The notes under the pieces: generated by a model
What the model saw: only the letters and a program-made list of their open reading frames with translations
Database searches by the model: none
Told to the model about the DNA's origin: nothing
NCBI RefSeq assembly: GCF_036321535.1
Contig: NC_087436.1
Span: 17,360,001-17,424,000 of the forward strand
From: Camelus dromedarius
Taxonomy: Eukaryota
Direction: 5' to 3'
Length of the DNA: 64,000 bases
Part shown: positions 39,390-52,359 of the stretch, in pieces
How the letters are laid out: each line of letters opens with the position of its first letter
How positions within the stretch are numbered: position 1 is the stretch's first letter
Position numbers and translations under genes: made by a program

Positions 39390-41547
39390 ACAATCTGAGA
39401 AATGAAATTTAGCACAATAAGGAAAAAGCGCACAAAAAAAAAAAAGAAACACAAAGATTCACCATTAGTACATAAATTATGTCTTCGTTGTTTTGAAATT
39501 TGCTTGGGAAACAATGTAATATCCTTGCTCCTCTGTTTTGTATTCAAAACATTTTCTCTATTACTTCCAATCTTAAACACCCTGATTACTCTTCTTTCCT
39601 CATTTCTGTTTCTCTTGGTCTCGGCTTTCTTGCACTCCTCTTCTCTTACTATGTAACTATATGCAAAAATTTTCCGCTACATGGCAGAGAGAAGGCTTAT
39701 AAATTCTGCTCCATGAGTCTAGACTTTCAGGCCAAGATTCCCAGGCCCCACATCAGACAAACAGACAAGACATCTGAGTCTTCTGAATGTCCACCCCCAA
39801 CGTGGATGACATTCTAAACTCCCAACAGGGTCAGCCGGTTACTAGGAAGTGGTTCCCATTGGTTCTTCTTCCTTCCCTCAGTTCCTCCTGATGTTGTTTT
39901 TGTAGACTAGCCAGATTTCAGCTTTAGAAACCTGTGTGACCTTAAGAAAAACTAGGCCTGCGTTCAACTGCATACCACCCCCTCCTCCCAAATCCACGTC
40001 TTTCCTGACATCTTGACAACCATTCTCATCTGCTCTTTAGAAAAGAGTCTGAGCACTGCCACCCAGGACCAGGATAGGGTCTAGTGCAGGTGATATGTCA
40101 GAGCACCTGTCCTTGTCCCTAGAGAAGAGACACAGAATTCTCTGGAATCAGGTTTCCTTTCTTTTCACTGCAAGAACAGCTCTCATCCTAACCTATCCCA
40201 GAAGATTCTGGAAAAATTTTGGCTTTCCCAAAGGAAAATAAAACATTTATAAAACATTCCTCCAGGGCTGTCTGAGTATCCTAGACTTCCCCCAGCTGTA
40301 TTTCTTCAGCTACTATCAATCAGTACCCATGGGACGCTGTTCTTTTTAAGGAATGATGCAGGAAGGAAGGGGAAATGACAGAACCTGAAACCGGCCAAAA
40401 AATAAAGGACTGCTTCAGGTTTCTTAATAAGGATAAATTAATGAAAGCAATTCACTGAGTGTTTTCTGTATGTCACCATTGATGAGGTTTTATGAGTGTG
40501 ATATCATAATTTTGGCTGTCTTTGACCTGCTCCTCCTGGCCATTCTAAATTCTGCAAACATTATGCAGATACCTTGCCAGCTAAGGGAGCTGAATGCCAA
40601 AGGCCAGCTTTATTTGGGCAGGAATCAAAGGCCCTGTGGGTTTAAGGAAAGGCAGACACAGTTACTTTCCCCAGCTCCAAACTGCTCGGCTGTGGCAAGA
40701 CACTGTTTGTAAATATAGCTGGAGTTTGAACCAGCCTCCCCCCAAAGACAAATGAATTCCCAAGCATGTTTGTACTTGCAAATGCATAGTGTTACACACT
40801 TCATGCCACCTTAATCCCCATTAAACTAATCTGAAGTCATGTCAGGCCAACCTTCCACAGTCAAATGGATTAGGCAAGCCAATTGATTAAATATAGGAAA
40901 AAACCAAGAGCTTTTCCTGTTTGGCAACCACGCATTTAAAGCATCGTTTTCACACCAATGTTTGTTCTTTTCCATTCTTTGGGGTTTCAGCATATCCACA
41001 AATGAAATTAGTTCCTGGAGATTAATGACTGAAAGAACTAAGGCAGAGTCTAAAATATATAGTTCTTAAGTACATATGGGGAAAATAAAAATATTACAAA
41101 ATCCTTAACTGTGTTCTAAAGAACTACTGACATCTCAAGAAAAAAAATTTGGAAAACATTCAACTTAAAACAATTTGGCATCTACCTCTGTATTTTCCTT
41201 TATTCTTGCTATGCAGGACAATGGAAATCTGTCGGGATTTGGCAAGATTGGTGGTGACTGAATCCAAATAATACAATATTTTTTACAGTAGCTCCTTTGT
41301 GTTTTTGTTTTGCCTTGACTATTTCCCTATATGTTAATGCCAGCACTGAAAGGACAGATCAGAAACCATTTATCAGTTTCATAGACTACAAATGGCATTA
41401 CCAGTGCTGAAAGGGGTAAGTGTCAAAGCAGTACATGCCTTGCCACATCTCAAATTTCCAAAAAGAAAAATATTTACTGGGCTTTTATATAAAAGAATAT
41501 TGCACTCATCTCTGCCTCAATTAGCTCCTGCCACATGTTTTGTATGC

Positions 41548-41571
41548 GTGTGTGTGTGTGTGTGTGTGTGT
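41548..41571. repeat. (GT)12 microsatellite
   Basis: Direct reading. Confidence 0.95.
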
Positions 41572-42829
41572 TTACTGGCTTTCCAACCTCTAAGTTCTCT
41601 TTCAGCCAGTTCAATCTGCTAACAAGATATTTAACTACGGGGTCACCACCCTCTCCCAACCCCACTCATGAGGATTCTATTGCCTCTGAGATTAAAACCA
41701 TGTATTTTGTAAGTAACTAGATGTATGTGCATATCCACTGCGGCCAAACTTATTACCTCACTTATTCCTAAACCTCTTTTTTTTTTTCCATCCGTCTTTC
41801 TTTTCCACACCCATTCTCAAAAGAAAGCTTTCATACACTATTCTGTATTTTGTCATTAACCTTCCAGATTGTAAGATTTTTGCAGTGACTGGGCAAACCA
41901 GGTGATATGGACAATCATTAATTATTTAGGGAAGGGGGAAGGGAGGACAGCAATCAATATTTTAAAGAGTCAAAGAAAATTATTTTTTAGACCATTGCTG
42001 AATTCACAGGCCCCCACCACCCCCACCGCCAAACATACACTAAAGATAGTCATGAAACAGTTAAGGGACCAACCTCAGGTAAGGCTATGAGTGACCACCT
42101 AAACTGCCCTGCTACTGACAAAGGAATCACTGAGTAGTGAAACCTGGGAGGTGCCTGGAAAATAATGGCATTTTAGCTATTTATGTGGTGCAGGAAGCCC
42201 TGTGGAGGTGGCACTCAGCAGAGAAATTTCATTCTCCTTGCAAAAAGTTAGGAGGATATTTGAAATCACTCCCATCACTTCTGTGCAGACCGAGAAGATA
42301 TTCCCAGGCAGCTCTGCCAGACATATTTGGCAGGGCGGGCTCTGGAGGAAAGCTGTCCTCTTCCAGGCTCAGCATTTGTTCAGTTGGAGAAATAGCTACA
42401 GCTGGAGGACTTTGGTTGATGAAAACTTTGTAATTTGAAGCCTAATTCTAGAGCAACTGTTGACAGATACTTAGACCTCTGAGCAGTGGGTCTATTAAGC
42501 AGGAAACATGAAAAGGCTGAGGGCAGATCTGGTTGGGTCACATTTTATCAAAGGCTCAGAAAAGGAGGAGTGAATGGCAGGGCAGAGAAAGAAAAAGTCT
42601 GTTTCAGAGCTTTGCAGACACTCCTTCGTCTGTCAGTCCTACCTAAGTGAGTCACAGAATGTTGGTAGAAAGGGTGGACCATGAATACTGGAATCATCTA
42701 TGTATTTCTTTACTATTTGAACAGTGATTTTAATAAGTCATATGTGGTTCACTCCATCAATGCTGGTTCAGATTTCAACTCCTTGTTTTCCTCACCCCTC
42801 TCCAATCTAGTTTTAAGTTGTCTCCTTTA

Positions 42830-42990
42830 GAGGGAGAGTATTGCTTAGTGGAAGAGCACATGCTTAGCATGCACAAGGTCCTGGATCCCATCCCCAAGTA
42901 CCTCCATTTAAAAAATAAATTAATTAATTAAATAAATCAAATTACCCCCCCCAAATTAAAAAAAAAATAATACATGCTCCTATTTTAAGA
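42830..42990 (+). mobile_element. tRNA(Ala)-derived SINE, Vic-1-like (camelid)
   Basis: gggagagtattgcttagtggaagagcacatgcttagcatgcacaaggtcctggatcccatccccaagtacctcc with decayed A/B boxes, then an AT-rich tail with a C-run. TSD core ttgtctccttta at 42818-42829 and 42992-43003. Confidence 0.88.
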
Positions 42991-43009
42991 ATTGTCTCCT
43001 TTACTAGAA

Positions 43010-43215
43010 TTAAAGAGAGAGTAAACTACCTGCATTCAAATCCTGATCCTGCTACTTACAGTCTATGTGACCTTATACAGACAATTTAAGCTATAAAAGT
43101 CTCAAATTCCATAAAACTGAGATGATAATAGAATCTGCCTCATATGATTATTTGAGGATTAAATGAGATAAAACATGTAAAGTGCAAGGCATCATGCCTG
43201 GAACAAAGAAAGTGT
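43010..43215 (+). mobile_element. MIR SINE
   Basis: ttcaaatcctgatcctgctactta...tgtgacctt...tgaggattaaatgagataaaacatgtaaagtgc. Confidence 0.88.
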
Positions 43216-44375
43216 TCATTCGTTGATGTGACAAATATTTATGGAGTCTCTTCTACAAGTCAGGTACCAAGTCAGAACCTGAGCTGAGTGAGCCAGACAT
43301 ACTCTCTGACTTGATGGAGCCTACTCATTTGGGAAGGAGATAGATTTTGATCAAAAACACATTACATAAGCTGTATTATAAATTATTACACATGTTCATA
43401 TGTAAAAGTACTATACACGTGACATTGATGGTATTATAGAGCAGAAAGAATGACTCCATCGGGGGTCAGAGAATTCTATACTATGAAATTTAAGATTGAG
43501 TTCAGATGTAAAGGGAGAGTAAGATTTAAATGTGCATGCTGGAGGGAAGAGCATTCCAAGACAAGAGGAAAACATGTTTAAAAACCCTAGAAGCTGGGCT
43601 GGGACGCAGGGAGTATTTAAGGATCTTTAAAAGGTTGGTGTTCCTGAAATACTGAATGCAAACACATGGAGCTGGAATATAATAAAGATGTAGTTGGGGG
43701 CCAGTCTGCAAATGGCCATGTGTGGCACATTAAATTTTTTTCTTTCTATACTAAGAGAACTGAAGAGCCTCAAGCAGGTAGGAAAATCAGATTTGTATTT
43801 AAACAAACAAATATTCTGGATGCAGCATGAGAAACAGATCTGCTGTGGCAAGAGTGATTCCCACAAGCACCATGAGGAGGTTATTGTCCTAACAGAGGCA
43901 GTGGCAATGAAGAGAGAGAAAAGGAAAGACAGAGGAAGACATTCAGGAGATAAAACTGACCAGAAATTATGATGAATCAGCACTGAAGTTAAGAAGAAGG
44001 AGGTCCAGGGATGACCTCCTGAATTCTGACTTGAGTAATTGATTGGATGGTGATCTCTTTCATTGAAACCCATGGCACTGGAAGAGGAGAAAACCTAGAG
44101 GTGCTGGGAGTGAGACCGAAGGAAGAGGGGCAGTGAAAAGAAAATGTATGCATTTTGTTTGAGCCACTTTGAGCCTGATGTTCCTTTGAGACATCCAAGT
44201 GGAGATATCAAGTGGGCAGCTTGATACACGGTTCTGAAACCCAGAAGGACAAGAGAGGCTGAAGGTACAGGTAAGTGGGCATCCATCACTAACACAGAGG
44301 TGGTAACTTTGAGGAGAGATGAAGTTTTCTGGCAGCAGAGTCTATCATGAGACAAAACAGCCCCTAATTTCCTAA
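43215..44375 (-). mobile_element. L2 LINE 3' region
   Basis: acaaatatttatggag...gggaagagcattccaagacaagaggaaaac...gagacatccaagtggagatatcaagtgggcagcttgata. Confidence 0.88.
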
Positions 44376-44423
44376 TTTTTTTTTTCACTGTGAAGATCAA
44401 GAAGTCATTTGAAAAGACTGGAA

Positions 44424-45440
44424 CTGGAGCTGGCTTCATGAGCATACGATCTGGGCTGACACACAGGGCCTAATGGTCAGAATGACTTTGTGCTTGGTTT
44501 TATGCTCTGTGGTCATGGTCTTGAAATTCTTACTAATTTTGTCTTTGAACTTGTGTTGGAAAGTGCCATCTGATAGAACAATGTCGCATGACTGTGAGCA
44601 AAGGAGATAGATGTCCTATGTGGGTTGGCTATTCCTTGCCACCCCAGTCACACTTAGTGTGTGGTGGCCCATGAACACAGAATGCTGGTGGACTCATGGA
44701 CTCACAGTATGCAGGAGTTCCCCAAGACTCAAAGCAATGACAAGGTAAGCACGTACTGTCCTCACTGAGTAAGCTGACAGGTCAGACAATCCATGCTTTC
44801 TGATGGAACCAGAATTTGTTTTAAATGCGGAAGAAGGCAGTGGCATTCCAGGAAACACAAACAGCCAAGGAAGTTTATCATTATCTTTTCTTGCTGTATT
44901 GCTTCCCTGTATTAGCCAACCATTTAGGCTGAAAATGATGGCAGAGCGGGAAAAGGAAAGATAAAGTAACTGATAGGCCCGTTTCCCGTTTCCTTTTCAG
45001 TCCTTCCTTACTCATGAATAACCCAAAAGCAGAAAGTCTTGGAAGAATGTGTATGTATCACGAAGTGAGAAAAAAGATAGCCAAGTTAGTTCTGCGCAGC
45101 GTTTCTAATTCGCTAAGTATAAAGTAAATTTACCCACAGGAGCCACAAAGTAGGAATCGTGTAATTTTAGTGATTATACATATGAGTTCAATGTTCTTAT
45201 ATTTGCCTTTAAAACTGGCATTATACGATAGAAAGATGAACAGTAATGTTCATACTAATAATTTAAATGTTAATTTTTTCTTTACCTAGAATGACTTTAA
45301 ATAGCAAATAAAAAGCATCATGGCAAGTTCAGAGGGATTCTGCCGCAAAAAGGAAAAAGCTTTATATTTTAGAATCTTTAATGGAATTTTTATTTGCTTC
45401 TTTGTTTTGCTGTCTTTGAACAAGGGGCTTCAGGTGGATT
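44424..45440 (+). mobile_element. hAT-Tip100 non-autonomous DNA transposon, MER45B-like
   Basis: Starts ctggagctggcttcatgagcatacgatctg...cacagggcc...gcttggttttatgctctg...gtcttgaaattcttactaatttt and ends tttgaacaagggg, matching recalled MER45 termini. ~1 kb; right terminus decayed. Confidence 0.8.
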
Positions 45441-46134
45441 TTACATGGGAAAGATGGGTATCAGCTACATGAAAATTATGCAAGGAGACAACAAACCTTA
45501 AAAGTTCAAAGGAGTTTAGCATGGAAGGGCCTCTGACTGCAATTAAAGCAGTTCCAGCATGGTTGAAAGGGAATTCATGCGATATTTGAGAAAAGAAGAG
45601 ATGGCAAAGTAATCAACTCACCTAATTAATCAAATGATAGGCATTAAAAAGTCAAGCCAAAATGTGCAGTGCTCTGTACTGTTGCTCATACACTAAATAA
45701 TAAAAAGGATGAGTTTAAATGCTTGGCAGCAAAAAATAAAAACAAAAATAAAACAAAACAAAACAAACACCCTTGAAATTGTCACTGAAGACTTAATGCC
45801 TGAGAGGATCCAGCTAGACATGCTGCTATTTATTTAAAAGACTAAAGACAGATTAGGAGAAGCTATATGTAAAGCATACTTCTAATTTGGATCATTGATG
45901 TTTTCCTATATCTGAGGGTCTCTATCTCAGCGTGAACACGACTTTCCCAAAATTTCCTCATTTCTTAAAAGAAGAACTTTATAATATTTATGTCTTTGGG
46001 TGAAGACTGAATGAGGTACTTTATTTTAATAAGACCACAAAGCTTTCTGGAGTTTTGCATGAGGAAGTCAGCTGGCTCACTCTCTGGCCAAGAAACTCAC
46101 TTTTCGCGCCAGCTTTGAGGCACTAATAATCCTC

Positions 46135-46620
46135 TTTTAGGAATATATGCATGCAAAGATTTGCTGCAAGGATGTTCATCTTCACATTATTTTATTCACA
46201 AAAAGTAAGTAAATAAATACATATCCAAACACCTGATCAATTAAATTTTGACCCATCCATACAATGAAATTCTACATATTTATAAAAATGATATTGTAGA
46301 TCTCTGAAGACATAATAAAAATACTTCATGATTTCAAAAGACTTTATGCTGTGTTGAATGTAGAAAGTAAATCATACAACATTATTTATGCTATGACCCC
46401 ATTTTTCTTAAATATAGTTTCAGTAAAAAGAAAAAGAACCCAAAGACTATATGTAAGTATATATGCCTAAGTGTCAACAGGGGATTATCTCTGATAGTAG
46501 ATTGTGATTCATACTTATTTCCCTTTTCTGTTTTTATATATTTTTTAAATTATATACCATAAACAAATTTTAGTTTTGTCATTTTCCAAAGGACCAAAAA
46601 ATGTATTTTCTGTTTCAAAA
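46135..46620 (+). mobile_element. Old L1ME 3' end
   Basis: caaggatgttcatcttcacattattt...catccatacaatgaaattcta...tatgaccccatttt. Confidence 0.75.
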
Positions 46621-46815
46621 GTCAACTAAAAGTGCCTCAGTATAGTTACAAATGACTGCCTGTCTTCCAGGGTCATTCACAAATACCACAACTACAGTAT
46701 TAAATCCACAAGGGCACAGAGTTTCCTGCAAGAGTTGCAAGCCTATAGGGACTAGACAAAGATAGTAAGTGACAAGTGTGGAGAACTGAAGAGAACGTGC
46801 CCTTTCAAAGGCATC

Positions 46816-47397
46816 TGAAGGGTAGCAGAATATGCCACCCCAAAATATGCCACTTTGCCATAAGGATTATTTTGAACTGAAGGCAACTGAGAAGAAGTAG
46901 ATACAAGGAAAGTTCTCATTTTTCTCTTATTTGCCTAAAAGGAGAACATAAATTTGTAAATATGTCCCCTACTCCCATCCAAGAAGACAAAAGTTAATCA
47001 CGAGAGATAACAAGACCCTTACCAGCCCAGAGACAGTACCAGAGGAATCTACAAAACAAACTTTATAACTTGCCTTTGTCTTCCATTAGTTCCCTAATAT
47101 ATTTACCTTTTCATAATTTGCAACCTTAGAAACAAAGCTTCTTTTCTTTGTTGTTTTGTTACTTCTTTAAAAATGCATCATTTTTTTCTTTAAGATGCTA
47201 TATTATAAAGCCCAAGTTTTAACCACCCCTTTGAGTTACTCATTACCTAGTACTCTCATATGCATACGAGATGCACATGTCAATAAACTTCTGTTTGTTT
47301 TTCGTTATTAATCTGTCTTTTGTCACTGTAATTTACAGGGGCCCAGGCAACACATCTAAGATGGGTAGAGGACAAAGAAAAGTTTTCCTCCCCTGCA
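46816..47397 (+). mobile_element. ERV1 solo LTR, MER34-like
   Basis: TG...CA termini; 5' agaatatgccaccccaaaatatgccactttg; AATAAA at ~47282; 3' ttttcctcccctgca; near-TSD catc/catt. Confidence 0.88.
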
Positions 47398-47569
47398 CAT
47401 TCAAATTCAAAATTCATTAAAGACTAAACAAAATATCTTATCTGTAGCACTAATTCTTCATCTTTAAAAATAAGTCCTTGGCACACCTTCCCCTCCAGCT
47501 CCTTCCCCCTATTGCTGCTCCTTTTGCTTTCCTATAAAGAGTTTCCATAGTATATTTGCTTCTCTTCTC

Positions 47570-48775
47570 TTTCTTCTTCTATCGACGATATACAATAAAA
47601 TTGATCGCTCTTCCTTGGTACAGTTTTTCATGGCTTCCTGAGTGTTCCTTCTACCTCACTGATCTTCACTGGTTTCTTTCAGGTCTCTCCTCTTCTCAGT
47701 TTTCCACAGGAGTGTTCCAGGGCCCGTCCTCAGACCTGTTCCCTACCTTGATGTCCTACATCTTCCTGATGTCCCCGAGTGTCATCGCTGGGAAGACCAC
47801 CTATGCCCTGAAGACTGCAAGAGTTCTATCTCCACTTGATCCTTTTCCTAAATACTGGTTTCTATGTCCAATTGCCTATGTAACATTTCCACTTGTCTGT
47901 CTAATAAACATCTCAGGCTCAACATGTGCCAAAATGAATGCCTAACTTTGGTGCCTTATTGTTCTAGCCACTCCATTATTCCAGCTCCCCAGACAAGTAA
48001 AATGTGAAGTAGTCCCCAATTTGTCTAACAATCTATCTCCCATTCATCAGAAAATCCTGCTATCTGTACCTTCCTAATGTATTACTGATGACTTTTCCAC
48101 TACTACCACCGTGGTCCCAGCCACTGTCACCCCTCACCTGAATTACTGCAGCAGTGTCCTAGGTGATCACTCAACGTCAAATAGCTCACACTTGAGTCTG
48201 TTCTCAATCTAGCATGTTACTCTTCTGCTTGAAACCCTTAATATCTCCTTACTACTAACAGAGTAAAAGCCAAGGTTCTGATCCCTTTGGACTACTCTTA
48301 TCCCACTTCTTACTGCCTCTTTGCTCACTCTACTCTGCCACGCTGCCTTCCTTGCTGTTCTCTGAAGCCATCAGGTATGACCCTGCCTCAGGGATTTTGC
48401 TCTGTCTCTTCTGCATGAAATATTCTCACCCCAAAATAATATCACGGCTTACTCCCATACTTCTTTCAAGTTTGCCTGAATATCACCTTTTCAGTGAGGT
48501 CCACCCTGCCCATATAATTTAAAATTGCACATACATAACCCCCTGCACCCTGCATCTTTGTTACCCTTTCTTATTTTTCTCCATAGTGCCGATAATCTTC
48601 TAACATACCTTATAGTTTTCTTGTTAATTACTTTGCCCTCCCTCTAGAATATAAAACCTGTAAGGGCAGAAATTTTTGTCTGGTTTGATGCTTTCTCTTA
48701 GAGCCTAGAACCATGCCTGATATATAATTATTTTACATACAAGTATTTAAAAAAATACCTGATGAATGAATGAAT
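47570..48775 (+). mobile_element. L2a-like LINE 3' region
   Basis: catctcaggctcaacatgtgccaaa...cctgcctcaggga...ctagaatataaaacctgtaagggcaga; ends in a tgaatgaatgaa tail. Confidence 0.9.
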
Positions 48776-49250
48776 TCACCAATCTGTGATACTCAAACTA
48801 CTATATATTCTGTCTCCCCATTCAGATATTTAGCTTCTTAAGAAAAGGATGGATACTTCACATGTCTCTGTATCTCCTAGGATAGTGCTATGGAGGTCTT
48901 AAACCTAACTAACAGCATATGCTGTTGATGAAAATAACAGTGGAGATGATGGTGAAAGATAGTAAGAGTAAAACAATATTTTCATGACAAAGAAGCAACA
49001 TGAAATTGCCTCTGGTGAAAATTCCATATTTAAACCATATGCATATGATAACACAGATACAAATAATGAATGGGAGTGGGAAGACTTTAGAGTTTATCTG
49101 AGTAGTTATAATAGAGCATTTTAAATTGGAAGTAAAGTAGATGATGCTTCCTGTCAAAGCAAAAGTAACGAAAATGTGCTTGGCTTCTTTAGCAGTAAAT
49201 AGAAACGAATGAATCACTTACTCGATTCCCAATTTACAAAAGTGTTTCAA

Positions 49251-49576
49251 AGAATATTATGAGTTGGGTGTTTGGATCTCAGTAGGCATCTGGATAGCCA
49301 TTATTTGGCCAATTCTCACAGCTCTATTGCAAAAACTATCCACCATCATTTCTCACCTGGATTGTTACAATAGATGGATGACATTAGAAGTAGCAATTTA
49401 GTCTTTTTCAGGATAAAAAGAATATTGTGGATTGGGTGTTTGGATCTCGGTGAGCACCTAGATCTTCATTATTTGGCCATTTCTCACAGCTCTATTGCTA
49501 ACAATATCCACTATCGTTTCTCATCTGGATTGTTACAATAGATGGGTGATATTAGAAGTGGCAATTTAGTTTTCAG
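49251..49576. repeat. 168-bp tandem duplication, 2 diverged copies
   Basis: Units start at 49251 and 49419. Shared blocks: ttgggtgtttggatctc, cattatttggcca, ttctcacagctctattgc, ctggattgttacaatagatgg. Confidence 0.96.
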
Positions 49577-49599
49577 AACAATGTTGTTTCCTGGAAAAT

Positions 49600-49905
49600 C
49601 AAACAGTACTTTTAAGAAAGGTTAAAGAGATTATAGCTGAAAAAAAAGCTGCAGATTAATATGTATGGTATGAGTTTATTTTGGTTATGTGTATTTACAT
49701 ATACATGAAAATGTATGGAAAAACAAACCCTACACCACTAATAACAGTTCCACTGAAGACTGATGTGGTGATGTTGGGATAAAGAAAGTAATTAGAAAAG
49801 AGGGGATAAAGCTTTTTCACTTTATACTTATATATGCCAAAGCTGTTTAAAATTCTAACAAGGAGCATGTGTTACGTTTGGAATTAAATGTAAAATAATA
49901 TAAAA
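49600..49905 (+). mobile_element. Old L1ME 3' end fragment
   Basis: tatgtatggtatgagtttatttt...ctaataacagtt...tttttcactttatactt. Confidence 0.5.
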
Positions 49906-50263
49906 ATGTCAAGGCCATTCACTTAAACAGTGTTCTAAACATCCAGAATAAGTCAAGAATGTGGTCCAGCAGGCTGGGGCACTTTGAAGTCAGGTTACCA
50001 AACAAAAGTAATGAAGCCTGTTCTTGGTTGTAGCATTCTTTCAGTAAACCTTGACCTTGGCAGTGGAAATTCAAAACAGCAACATTTTCTGAATCCAGGG
50101 TTGTCACAGCCTAGGGTGCTACGTAACAAACAGTGTTCTAGCATTTTCTCAAACAATTCTGCTGCCTTTTCATCTGCCTCCAAAGCTGATGCCTTTGAAT
50201 TTTATGTCTGCATCTAGCTAGGCTCCTCATTAGATACTTCTGCCAGGGGTGTCTTCTTTAGAT

Positions 50264-50555
50264 TGTGTGGTGAACTGAATGGTGGTCCCCCAAAATACAT
50301 GTCTGTATCCTAATCCCCAGAATTTATGAACATTACCTAAAATGGCAACAGATGTGATTAAGTTAAGGTTCTTGAGAGAAGGTGATTTATCCAGAATTAT
50401 CTTTGTGAGCCCTAAATATAATCATCTTAGAGAAAGAGGCAAAGGAATTTTGGGGACAAACACATACAGTGGAGAAGACACAGAGAGGAGGTGATATGAA
50501 AACAGAGGCAGAGATTGGAGTGATACAACCACAAGCCAAGGAAGCCAAATCAAAA
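50264..50555 (+). mobile_element. MLT1 (C/D-like) LTR, 5' portion
   Basis: tgtggtgaactgaatggtggtcccccaaaa...tcctaatccccagaa...gaggcagagattggagtgat...acaagccaaggaa. Confidence 0.85.
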
Positions 50556-50579
50556 TAGTTCCTATGTATCTTTAGATAC

Positions 50580-51682
50580 TATAGGAGATTGAACAATGTC
50601 CCCCCAATTTTCATTTCTACCTGGAGCCCTAGAATGTGGCTTTATTTGGAGATAGGGTTTTTGCAGATATAATTATAGTTAAGACTTGAGATGAGATCAT
50701 ACTGGATTAGGGTGGGCCCCAAATTCAATGAGAATATCTTTATAAGAGACAGAAAAGGATACAAAGAGAGAGAAAAAATAGAGTTATCATATGATTCAGC
50801 AATCCCACTCCTGGACATGTATTTGAAAAAGACAAAAACTATTCATTTGAAAAGATACATTCACCCCAATGTTCACAGCAGCTCTATTTATAATAGCTAG
50901 GACATGAAAGCAACCTAAATGTCCACTAACAGATGAATGAGTAAAGGAAGATGTGGTATATATATATACAATGGAATACTACTCAACCAGAAGAAAGAAT
51001 GAAATAATGCCATTTGTAGCAATGTGTATGGACCTAGAGATAATCATACTAAGTGAAATCAGACAGAGAAAGACAAATATCATATGATATCACTTATTTG
51101 TGCAATCTAAAAAATGATACAAATGAAATTATTTACAAAACAGAAAGAAACTCAAGGACATAGAAGATAATCCTATGGTTACCAAAGGAGGGGAGGGATA
51201 AATTAGGGGCTTGGTATTAATAGATAGATATTATTATGTATCAAATAGATAAATAACAAGGACCTACTGTATAGCTCATGGAGCTATATTCAATAACTTA
51301 TAATAACCTATAATGGAAAAGAATCTGAAGAATATATAGAATTTATATTTATATATATAAAACTGAATCACTTTGCTGTACACCTGAAACTGACACAACA
51401 TTGTACATCAACTCTACATCAATTTAGATAAAGGTCGTATGAAGGCAGCTATAGACAGGAAGTGGAGCAATTCAGCTCAATTATAAGCTAGGGGATGCCA
51501 GGGGCCAACAGGAGCTGGAAGAGGCAAGGAAGGATTCCTCCCTAAGACCTCTAGTGGGAATGTGGCCCTGCCTACTCCTTGGTTGCAGATCAATGGCCTC
51601 CAGGACTGAGAGAATCAATGTCTACTTTAAGCCACCAAGTTGATGGTAATTTGTTACAGCAGCCATAGGAAACCAATGCTGA
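50580..51682 (+). mobile_element. Second MLT1 (B/C-like) LTR, split by an L1 insertion
   Basis: ttatttggagatagggtttttgcagat...atgagatcatactggattagggtgggcc [L1] ...ggaagaggcaaggaaggattc...ttaagccaccaagttgatggtaatttgttacagcagccataggaaac. Confidence 0.85.
50772..51426 (+). mobile_element. L1 3' end (artiodactyl-type), nested in MLT1
   Basis: KIELSYDSAIPLL peptide in ORF 50691..50900; aactgaatcactttgctgtacacctgaaact 3' UTR. Confidence 0.92.
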
Positions 51683-51829
51683 TGGGCAGTGGAGAATGAC
51701 AGAATCATATACCAAACCATCACACACTCAGTCCAAGCCCCAGGTTAGTTAAGTAAATAAATTGCTGATGTATCCCATGCATTGAGCTTAATCAAAGGCC
51801 ACAAACATATGAATAGACAGTCTGTAACA

Positions 51830-52025
51830 TTCCCTCAGTTCCACAATAATTGTGTGATATCACTCATCCTAACCACTATCTTAGATACAAGCATATTCCC
51901 ATTTTACAGATAAGGAAGCATAGAAAGGGTAAGCAATTTGCGCAGAGTCACACAGGTCACAAACAATAGGGGCTGGATTCAAATCTACATAATCTACCTT
52001 CAGAAAACATATTCTAACCCACAAA
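51830..52025 (-). mobile_element. MIR SINE
   Basis: cccattttacagataaggaagc...aagcaatttgcgcagagtcacacag...ggctggattcaaatc. Confidence 0.8.
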
Positions 52026-52359
52026 TATTCAGCTAATTAATACCAAAACAAATCAGAAAACAATACTATTGTCCAAGAGAAGTAATCAAACAAAACAGAA
52101 AACTGAAAACCAGTAAAATACTCTAAAATATTTATCTTTTACTCTTATTGTGTTCAAAGAAAAGGAACAATTAATTAGAAGAAAAAAAAAGGAGTGTAAG
52201 AAGAAAATGTTAAGGGTGATTTTGAAATAGAATTTAGAGTATTTCAGGGGATTTTGGTATTATTTCTTTAGAATCTCTTCTCTTTTAAGAACCCTTTTTA
52301 AGGAAGACAGGGCAGATCATTATTTTGAAGTTACAGTCTTAAAAAATTGTGGATTCTGA

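Noticed and set aside
41991..42084. Possible 88-nt exon ending at CAG|GTAAGG
   Set aside because: The upstream acceptor has a short, weak pyrimidine tract; no other support.
42831..42905. Functional tRNA-Ala gene
   Set aside because: B box and stems are decayed; the AT-rich tail and TSD show it is a SINE.
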